Assembly (NCBI RefSeq): GCF_006345805.1
Contig: NW_021832344.1
Location: forward strand, 1-30,931
Direction of reading: 5' to 3'
DNA: 30,931 bases
Origin: Octopus sinensis
Lineage: Eukaryota
The notes under the pieces were generated by a model. The model worked only from the letters and a program-made list of their open reading frames with translations. It made no database searches and was not told the origin of the DNA. Made by a program: the position numbers and the translations under genes. Position 1 is the first letter of the stretch. The number at the start of each line of letters is the position of its first letter. Of the stretch, positions 21,174 to 30,931 are shown piece after piece.

Positions 21174-21714
21174 TGGCAAAAATGTTAGCGGGCGGCGAAC
21201 ATAAAAATATTTCATCTTACCTGTAGGAAGAACACTAAATAAATGTACAACCCAGATGTGGATAATCTAGGATCTAGGTTTCGAACTTTGCAAATTACGT
21301 TTGTTAATGTAAATTTGATTAGTTCTCATCGGCTAGATTCACCTAGATAAAATCTCAAATGTGACTACATCAATAACAGTATATACTCGTTTGAAACGCC
21401 TAGACGCTAACAGACCGAGAACCATGAAAAAGTTTTCAAAGAAATAATTATTAAACAGTGCAATACAGTAGTATTGCTTCCCAGTAAAATTAAGTGCCAC
21501 CAGGTTAAAGTATAAGATTGTGGTACAACAATGCACCAATATTTAAATACATTTCTATACTTTCCTGACAATTATCACGCTTCAATGTTTTGTTTTCAAT
21601 AACCTTCCATATTCCTTCATTAGTTTTTTTTTTATTTACTTTGAAGTAATGACGTTCGTATCTCAAAAGTGTTTCGATAATTTCAGTTTTTTTCTCTTTA
21701 AAGAAGAGTATATT

Positions 21715-21799
<85 letters not shown>

Positions 21800-21802
<3 letters not shown>

Positions 21803-22087
21803 TATCGCCATTTAATGGCATTCTTATAGATATAAGAATAATCGCTGCCGCTGGTCAGCTCCATGAGGCCACCGCCATCAAGATAGCTATTGATACACGA
21901 TCTGTATCCATTATACCTTCGAACAAGGGAGGTCAGTGTGAAGCGGCTGACCTCCCTTGTTCGAAGGTTATAATGGATACAGATCGTGTATCAATAGCTA
22001 TCTTGATGGCGGTGGCCTCATGGAGCTGACCAGCGGCAGCGATTATTCTTATATCTATAAGAATGTCATATTAATATGGCGATAACA
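21800..22087. repeat. Long near-perfect palindrome (fold-back)
   Basis: 21819-21915 pairs exactly with 21969-22065 (97 bp). 21916-21936 pairs exactly with 21947-21967 (21 bp). There is one bulged T, a 10-nt loop, and imperfect outer arms. Confidence 0.97.
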
Positions 22088-22218
22088 ATTAATTTCCAGT
22101 AAACGCTGCCGTAATCTCTTTTATAGAGACTTAGTAATTTTAATATTTCTATTATATATATATGCATATATATATATACATATATCTATATACATATATA
22201 CTTATATATCTATATCTA

Positions 22219-22279
<61 letters not shown>

Positions 22280-22294
22280 CTATCTATCTATCTA

Positions 22295-22336
<42 letters not shown>

Positions 22337-22337
22337 G

Positions 22338-22368
<31 letters not shown>

Positions 22369-22375
22369 TATGTGG

Positions 22376-22800
22376 GCACAGGACGTCACGAAACGTGTGC
22401 AACAACAACAAAAAATACGAAGCACAAGTACATGAGACACGAACTATTCTTTCGAACAACGAAAGACACAAATGGAAAACAAAACAATCAACATAAAGAA
22501 CGACCCTTCATCAGTTGTTCGCTCTTTTTCTAGTCTTGTATTTCGATCATTTAACAACAATATACGCTTTCGATACAACAGTTGCTCCCACAGAGCAAAT
22601 TCAATAAAATTTGAGATTTAGCGGAGGGTCAAAATTGGTAGCACAAACAGGACAGTGAAAACAAACAGGAAGGGCTGGTAAGCCTAAACGCGGTTGTGGA
22701 GGTGAACGCGTAAATCAAGCTTTGGCAGGAGACAGATCAGAACACGTCTTCTTTGTTGCAGCTACAACGGAGAGAAAGAAAGAAACACAAGTTTGGAGAA
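22376..22800. repeat. Unclassified interspersed repeat (family X), copy 2
   Basis: First ~150 bp are similar to 19971-20141. The right boundary is uncertain. Confidence 0.45.
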
Positions 22801-22822
22801 GAAAGAAAGAAAGAAAGAAAGA

Positions 22823-23046
22823 TCTTTTGAGCGGAATGGGCTATTCGACATGAAGAAAATTCTAACTGGACTCCGCCTGCAAGGTCATGCGCTGTTTATC
22901 TTAATATGAGATCATGATGTCGCGCAATATGGTTGTGATGCATGTACCTGGCGTACCGTTATCAGACGGGTTGTCATAATGAGTATACTGGGTTTTGTAT
23001 ATTTTATCTCAGTGTCACTTTGATGGCATGCACTGCTCTCTCATTC
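22823..23046 (+). mobile_element. 5'-truncated copy of the (TAA)n-tailed non-coding retroposon
   Basis: Aligns with ~12455-12677 and has the same CACTGCTCTCTCATTC-(AAT)n 3' junction. Confidence 0.8.
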
Positions 23047-23602
23047 AATAATAATGATAATAATAATAATAATAATAATGAGAAGAAGAAGAAGAAGAAG
23101 AAGAGAAGAAGGAGAAGAAGAAGGAGGAGAAGAAGAAGAAGAAGGAGAAGAAGAATGATGATGATTTCTTTTTTGACCATCATTGTTAAAACATTATGGA
23201 CAGTACAGGACAAAATAAAGAATGTGCGTGGATATGTGTGTGAGTGTGTTGTTGTAAAGGTTTTGTGTGTAAACAGGTTTAACATAATGGGAGGAAAAAA
23301 AATTCTAGCAATCTATAATCCTCAATAGGGAGGAGATGGTCAATGGCTGCTCATGGAAAACCCCATAAAACCACGAGTGCCCTGACTTCTGGGGCAGGTG
23401 CCTCGTCTCATTTCCTCTTCTCCGATTATACGCGTTTGCTCAGAGCAGGCCTGTTCACGCCACTTTCATCCATCTTTCAGCAAATTGGCTAGGAAGCAAC
23501 ACTTCCCTCTCTACGCTTATTTTCCACCTCAAGCGAAACTTGCAGAAGTTAATCATGGTTTGGCCAAAGAGAAAAGGTGTTTGTCTTCAGCCCCTTTAAT
23601 AT

Positions 23603-23837
23603 ATATTTCTTTACTGCCCACAAGGGGCTAAACACAGAGAGGACAAACAAGGACAGACAAAAGGATTAAGTCGATTACATCGACCCCAGTGCGTAACTGG
23701 TACTTATTTAATCGACCCCGGAAGGATGAAAGGCAAAGACGAACTCGGCGGAATTTGAACTCAGAACGTAATGGCAGGCGAAATACTGCTAAGCATTTCG
23801 CCCGGCGTGCTAACGTTTCTGCCAGCTCGCCGCCTTA
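23603..23837 (-). mobile_element. SINE family C, full length, 14-bp TSD
   Basis: TSD AGCCCCTTTAATAT at 23589-23602 and 23838-23851. Confidence 0.93.
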
Positions 23838-24308
23838 AGCCCCTTTAATATCGCCGCCGTCACCACAGCCGTCGCCGCCGCCATCCATTGCTGTCACTAA
23901 TTTTGCCAATGTTTTCACCGCTGCTACTACTTTGAACTTTCCCGCCCTTCTTTTTCTTCTCCCCCTCTCCTGTAATGTTGTCAGTAACGGAGGGAAGAGG
24001 AGGGAACTCTTCAGCATTAAAAAAAATCTCTTTCAGGTGATGTACTTTTTTTTTCCTTAACTCTTCCAAGATGCATTCTACCATCTTGTTTATTTATATT
24101 GGGTTAAAACGCCCACCGAATTTATTTGGAGTCGAATATAGTCTCACTAGGTGCTAAACAAACACAGGAACCTAATGTCTATTAACAAGCTACAACAATT
24201 TTTAAACGAAAAAACGTCAACAAACGGGTGTAAACAAAAGTTTTAAACAATACATATTTTGGGCGTTCGAAAATATGTCTGTTGTGTTCAGCAGTAAATA
24301 TATAAAAA

Positions 24309-24544
<236 letters not shown>

Positions 24545-24546
<2 letters not shown>

Positions 24547-24735
24547 TCCTTTCTACTATAGGCATAGGGCGTAAAATTTTGTGGAATGGCCTAGTCGATT
24601 ACATCGACCTCAATGTCTAACTGGTACTTATTTCATCGAGCACACACGGTTGAAATGCAGTGTCGGCTTCAGCGAAATTTGAACTCTGAACGTAAAGACT
24701 GGAAAATGGTGATACTGCTGAGCATTTTCTCCGGC
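24545..24735 (-). mobile_element. Diverged SINE family C-related copy with (ATT)n tail
   Basis: AGTCGATTACATCGACC..ACTGGTACTTATTTCATCG..TTTGAACTCTGAACGT..GAGCATTTT aligns with family C. Confidence 0.65.
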
Positions 24736-25663
24736 TTCTTATACAATAATGAGAAATATTTTTTTTACGAATTCTAATCTTCGTTAACCACTCATACATG
24801 AGAGTGTTTAGATAACCAATATGAGTGGTTCTGAAGGTGGAATTCCATACGTAAAAAAAAAAAAAAAAAATGAAGGAGAATCCATTATTCAAAGTCATTT
24901 TTTTTTGTTTACTGAAACATCTTCATTTTACTGTGAAGTCGTGCATAAAAATCAATAGACGAATGTAAATGTTTATTCATGGTGTGATAAACTAATAGTC
25001 AAACTAGAGAGAAATGTGTTAAAAAACGAAAGCAAATAGAAAAAAAGAAAAAGGAAAACTGAAGCCTCTGCTCTCATCAAAAATATTTGCATATCAGCGG
25101 AATTAAAGAAAAAAGTATTATCAACATCAGATTTTACCTAAAGCCATTGCACTCAGTTGTAAAAACAACGGAAACGATATCCGAATTATATTATCGCAAA
25201 CTCACATGCATATACTCACCTAGACACACATCCGCACCTATATACGCACACATACACAACCCTACAGTTATGCATATTTTGTGTGCGCATGTTAATTTTT
25301 CTGCAAGTTATTTTGGAGAACTCTTAAGATTAACACCAATATATTTTCTGATGATACTAATGTATCATAACATATGTTTTGACCGTGATATTTAAGTTAC
25401 GTTCTTTACCACTGTACTATATTTTGACCAAGTATCTTTAACACAACCTCGAGTCAACACAGTACTTGTGATTGACATTGTATTCGGGGAGACTGTTTAG
25501 AAATCAGCCTGGTTAGTTGCACAGTTCATACCACACAGTTACGTAAAGGGAAATATTTCTGATTTACACTGAGAAAGACATTCGGTTAGTCGAATAACTG
25601 GATGGTTATGTTAAAAATGCAGAAGAAAGTCCGTTATATATTGCATTTTTATTGTGTATTTTA

Positions 25664-26943
25664 GTAAGTCGACAACTAAGTTCCCGCGGTTTTTTTTAAA
25701 TTTATATTTTTTAAATGGCTTAATCAAAAATAACAAATAATTAATCAATAATGTGTTCACCCTTGTTGTTTACAACTTCTTCCCAATGTTCAACAAGATT
25801 TTGAATACCTCGTTGGTAGAAATCACCTGATTTCGACTCGAAAAATTGATGCAACCAAGCTATCAATTCTGCATCAGTATTGAACGAAACTCCGCGCATA
25901 GCATTTGAAAGAGATGCAAAGCGGTGGGAATCCGTTGGTGCCAAATTAGGAGAGTACGGCGGGTGTGGCAGCACTTCCCAGCCATGTGTTTGAATGGCTT
26001 CCTTGGTCATATTGGCGTTATGAGGGCGAGTGTTGTCGTGCAGCAGAAGAACTGCATGCTACCGATTAGCTCTTTTCTCTTGAATAGCCGTGTCGAGTCG
26101 TTCCATCTGTTGAACATAGAGTTCTACGTTGACCATTTGCTTCTGTTCAAGCAATTCGTAATGGATAATCCCTTCCCAATCCCACCATACGCACAACATC
26201 GTTTTACGCAGATGAAGATCTTGTTTCACGCGCGGTGTCGCTTGTTTGCCGGGGCCAAGCCATTCCTTACGCTGCTTCATATTCATGCACAGGCACGATT
26301 TTTCGTCTCCAGTAACGATTCGGTAAAGAAATCGTTGCTTGTGTCCATGAATTGAGCGGTGACGAGCAAGCAAACCAGCAGAGATTGTGGTTCGTTGATT
26401 TTTGTTGTCGTCACTTAAAGCATGCGGAACCCATGCTCCATATTTCTGAACATCGAGTGAAGATGCTTCTCTATAGCAGTGTGGGAGCATTAAATTTTCT
26501 CTACCAGTTCCCTTATCGTTTGACGAAAATTTTCGTGCAAAAGTTGGTTTAATCGTTCTTCATCGAACCCAACAGGACGGCCAGAACAAGGTGCGTCTTT
26601 GAGGTCAAAATTTCCATTTTTGAACTTGGCATACCAATCACGAGCGGTTCTTTCAGCTATGGAACCCTCTCCATATGCTTCATAAATGATGCGAGCATCT
26701 TTTGCGGGCTTAGAACCTTGATTAAAAGCAAAAAGGAGGTGCCGAAAATGCTCATTTTTCTTAACTTGATATTCCATTTTAATGACATGAAAATAAACAA
26801 AAATTAACTAAAATTAACTAGAATAAAGAATAGGTTCCAAGATGATTCAAAAATAGAATACTCGAAAAATATAGCTTCCTAAATTTAAAAACGCAATAAA
26901 TTCCAAAATTTAAAAAACGGCGGGAACTTAGTTGCCAACCCAA
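25664..26943 (-). mobile_element. Full-length mariner transposon (~1.28 kb)
   Basis: TIR core CAACTAAGTTCCCGC(G/C)GTTTT at both ends, TA at 25662-25663, and an internal transposase pseudogene. Confidence 0.92.
25741..26777 (-). pseudogene. Mariner DD34D transposase, disrupted
   Basis: Three ORF pieces carry the N-terminal HTH region (W..KFKNG..DL.D..SGRP), WVPHAL, IVTGDEK, LLHDN and YSPNLAPTD, with exactly 34 residues between the 2nd and 3rd catalytic D. Frameshift(s) near 26450-26500 and an in-frame TAG at 26059-26061. Confidence 0.95.
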
Positions 26944-26944
26944 G

Positions 26945-27215
26945 ATATATATATAATATATTATAATACAATGTAATATATCATAAAATATAACATAATA
27001 TAATATAATATAAAATAATATAATATAATGTAATATAATGTAATATATATATATATATATATATATAGATAAATAGATAGATACACACATACATACATAT
27101 ACATAAATAATATATATAGATGCATATATATATATACTTATATGTATATACATATATATAAATTCATACATATACATGTAAACAATGTATATATACTTAC
27201 ACATGTAAGTATGTG

Positions 27216-27248
<33 letters not shown>

Positions 27249-27385
27249 TTGTAAGTATGCATGAATACGAACCCGCAGTCATGCATACGTACACATATAT
27301 ATGCAGAAAGAAATATTGCCAACAAAATGAGACCGACAAATAGCGAAATAGGGGATATATATATACATACACACACATACGCACA

Positions 27386-27416
<31 letters not shown>

Positions 27417-27420
27417 TATA

Positions 27421-27487
<67 letters not shown>

Positions 27488-27803
27488 CATACATGCATGC
27501 ATGCATGCATACATACATACATACATACATACATGCATACATACATACATACATACATATGTACATACATATATATTAAGAAGGAGTTAAATGTGAGGGG
27601 AAGATAACATTAAATGAGATTGCTGAAGCAAGTTAAAGGCAAATTCGGAATTGCAAAGCCATTCAAGTATTCATTTTCAATGGGAATTTACATGTTTTTT
27701 GTTGTGTGTGCATACATGAATTTAGTTAAGATGATATATATATATACATATATGTATATGTATATATATATGTATATATGTGTATATATATATATATATA
27801 TAT

Positions 27804-27837
<34 letters not shown>

Positions 27838-28035
27838 CACATATATACATATTAATCTTACCTGGCTGCATATGTATAGCCATACGCACACACGCACACA
27901 GACACATATGCTATGTAATATATATAATATAATATATATATATATAATATATATATATATACATGTATGTGTATATATATATATACACGCATATATATTT
28001 ACATATATATATATACATACACGATATAATATATA

Positions 28036-28091
<56 letters not shown>

Positions 28092-28100
28092 CACATATGT
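26945..28100. repeat. Large compound (TA)n/(TAA)n/(TG)n/(TACA)n block
   Basis: Direct inspection, with an A-rich interruption at ~27585-27735. Confidence 0.9.
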
Positions 28101-29094
28101 AATTGTATGATGTGTATATTTATTTATAATTTTCAAAAGTGCAAGAACAAGATGATTAATAATACAATAGATTTATTTTTTGTGAAAGTCTGACGCGTGG
28201 AAAGAGAAAACATTATTTCAGGTTTCGATTTTCAGGCTGTCGTCATGGAGAGAAACAAAATGGGTGTTTGAGTGAGAGAAAAAAGGATTTATTGAGATGA
28301 AAATATTCAATGGATGCAATACAATACGTATATGTTAAAAAGTACGAGTTTGAGGTGGTGGATGAAAAGCGATAGAACGGGTGAGGCGTGAAATACTAGT
28401 AGAGAAGAGAGCAATCGACTAGGAAGCTATTGAGCTCAAGTGGGCAGACTTGGGCAAAGTGGCGGCTGAAAGTGGCAAACGAACTTAGTAGGAAAAAGTG
28501 GAGAAGGTATGTTCAACGTAAGTGGTAAGTGGAAGTGTAAAAAGAATTGAGGAAGTTGCTGACAAAAGTGGTATGAGTGGAGTATTGAGTTTTCGTTATG
28601 GTAAGTGTGGTGAAGTGTAAAAATGATTGTAAGTGACCGGGGAGACGAAGCGTGAAGATGTTTGAAGCGGAAATGTAAATTGTTGAGACCTGGAGGTTCA
28701 GTAACCTGACCGTTAAAAATAGAGAGTGGGAAGAGGAGGAAGAATGCTGTGTTATTCATCAGCTACAGTGTAACTGGAGTCTATGTGGTTTTCACTCAAG
28801 TATCTTACAGAAACGTGTCATTCAAAGTTAGTGACAGCAGCTGGCCACTAACACTGCAATAAGGGATGCACTTATATTTCTATATATATCTCACAAGTCA
28901 TTTGGAACTTTTAGTGAGAAGAAAATTTTGCTATGCAGAATTTGTATGTATATATATGTATGTTTTAAGTGTTTGTGTACCATATTTTTATACAAATGTG
29001 CCTTTGTTTATTATTTCGAGATATCAGCAAAAGCCTATAACTAGTCTGAAATATTATTATTGTAGCCAAGAAGGAAAATTATGAGGCCAAAGTG

Positions 29095-29735
29095 ATAAGA
29101 GCTCACATTGTAGTAGAGGCGATAGCCACTGATATTATGAAAGAGAACTGGTGGAATGTCCCAGTGAAAACCTCAATATAATGTCAGCATAATTAACCTG
29201 ACATAGTGATTTGGGAACGAGAAGAGAAACTAGCAATGGAAATCAATTTCCCAGAAAACCTAAACTGTAGTAGTTGTAAACTGAGAAATTTACAACTACT
29301 CTACTCGGGTTACAAGTTCAGGTTTATACCTGTAATTGTTGGTGGGTACTGGGATATGTAACAAACTGCTTTTGTTGCAGTCTTGAGAAATTAGGATTCA
29401 CAAAACCTTAAAGGAGAAAGCTAATTAAAAGATTATAGCTTGAAACCATAAATGGAACTGTCAAACATTCCAGAAGTTTAGCATCTAAGTATATATGCGC
29501 ATGTCTGGACATGTAACTATATGCATGAAAATACATGCATAAAACAAAACATTCAAATCTGCTCATGCGCAGATTAAAAATATTGGACATATACAACCCA
29601 TTATTCACATATATCTTATTAATGTTTATAATTCCAATGAAAGAGCTTTGGATGTAGGTTAGAAACCGGCTCTTTCACTATTGGCAAGAATTCTAGAAAT
29701 AAAACTGAATAAGAAAGACATACATACAAACATAC
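29095..29735 (+). mobile_element. Degraded RLE-type LINE 3' end of another lineage, ending in (ACAT)n
   Basis: VEAIATDIMKENWWNVPVKTSI*CQHN*PDIVIWEREEKL..LRNLQLLYSGYKFRFIPVIVG.LGYVTNC..LEKLGF, followed by ~230 bp of putative UTR and ACATACATACAAACATACAT. Confidence 0.7.
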
Positions 29736-30537
29736 ATATGTATATACACATAACTACGTGTGAGTGTGTGTGTGCGTATGCGTAAGTGTGTGCATGTTTG
29801 TATGTGTATGCCTACACACATATTAATACATGTATATACACTCGCTTATAGAAATACATGCGTACACTCACACACAAACACACGTACACACAATAATTAT
29901 TTCTCAAATAAAACGTACAGCATGAACACATTTCGCAGCAATCTAAGTCTACTACAGCGATCCATGGGTTTTAAGCTTGATTTCTATGATGATAATACTA
30001 TCACGTAAAATCGTAAGCAAGGAACAGAAAACATTTAGGAAGGAAATAGATATGGCACAACACTGGAAGATAAGATGACTGAAAGAATCAGCGCATACGT
30101 TGAACTTTGATAACCTCTTTTGTGGCCTAGTATTGAGATGAATACCATCTGGTTGTCTTTATTTAATAATGAACATTATGCCTACAGCCATAAAACAGTT
30201 AGATCTAAGGCTGTTAAATTCCGGTACCGCATTTTCGTACCGGCTTATGGGACAATAAACGATAGCGTATAGTAGGTGTGACTTCAATTCCTGGGTCAGT
30301 GAAACAAGGAAGGGATACCACAGCTTTGAGAATGACTAACAAATAGAAAATAACTCTGGTGTGGAATACGACGTCCTGTGGTCATCTTAAAAGTTTCGGA
30401 TCCAATTTCTATAAACATTGTCGAACACGACAAACACCTAACAAAATGCCGAAGTGTAAAACGGAGCAAATATGATTACAGTAACAAAGATTCGGAAGCA
30501 AAACCGATTAGATCGATATATAATTTTTTCTAATATA

Positions 30538-30931
30538 GGCGCAGGAGTGGCTGCTGTGTGGTAAGTAGCTTGCTAACCAACCACATGGTTCCGGGTTCAG
30601 TCCCATTGCGTGGCATCTTGGGCAAGTGTCTTCTACTATAGCCTCGGGCGACCAAAGCCTTGTGAGTGGATTTGGTAGACGGAAACTGAAGAAGCCTGTC
30701 GTATATATGTAATATAGGTATGTGTGTGTATATGTTGGGTGTCTGTGTTTATCCCCGTAGCATTGCTTGACAACCGATGCTGTGGTTTACGTCCCCATCA
30801 CTTAGCGGTTCGGCAAAGAGACCGATAGAATAAGTACTGGGCTTACAAAGAATAAGTCCCAGGGTCGATTTGCTCGACTAAAGGCGGTGCTACAGCATGG
30901 CCGCAGTCAAATGACTGAAACAAGTAAAAGA
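30538..30931 (+). mobile_element. SINE family A, full length (runs to the window end)
   Basis: GGCGCAGGAGTGGCTG head to GACTGAAACAAGTAAAAGA. Confidence 0.93.

Noticed and set aside
23290-24090. GC-richer block interrupted by SINE-C, with ORFs 23398-23631 and 23860-24084
   Set aside because: No recognisable protein motif in any frame before or after removing the SINE. Left unassigned.
28430-28790. Purine-rich stretch with ORF 28436-28759 (-) as a possible LINE endonuclease relic
   Set aside because: Only compositional bias; no APE or RT motif could be identified.

Overview
AT-rich eukaryotic DNA that is almost entirely repeats. I found no supportable host protein-coding gene, rRNA, true tRNA or CRISPR array. 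Microsatellite density and the tRNA-derived SINE families suggest an octopus/cephalopod intron or intergenic region (inference from recall, not a search). Most ORFs in the track are translations of microsatellites. Supportable content: three recurrent tRNA-derived SINE families (labelled A, B, C here), several copies with target-site duplications (TSDs); a full-length mariner with a disrupted DD34D transposase (25664-26943); several R4/Dong-like LINE relics with a restriction-like endonuclease (RLE), set in (TAA)n arrays; an RTE RT fragment; a Penelope-like RT fragment joined to an inverted pLTR carrying a minimal hammerhead ribozyme; two non-autonomous Helitrons; and three TA-flanked MITE-like elements. 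The most unusual signals are a near-perfect ~288-bp fold-back palindrome with nested hairpins (21800-22087) and two inverted SINE-B copies whose flanking duplications are swapped, implying an ~0.8-kb inversion (17538-18353).
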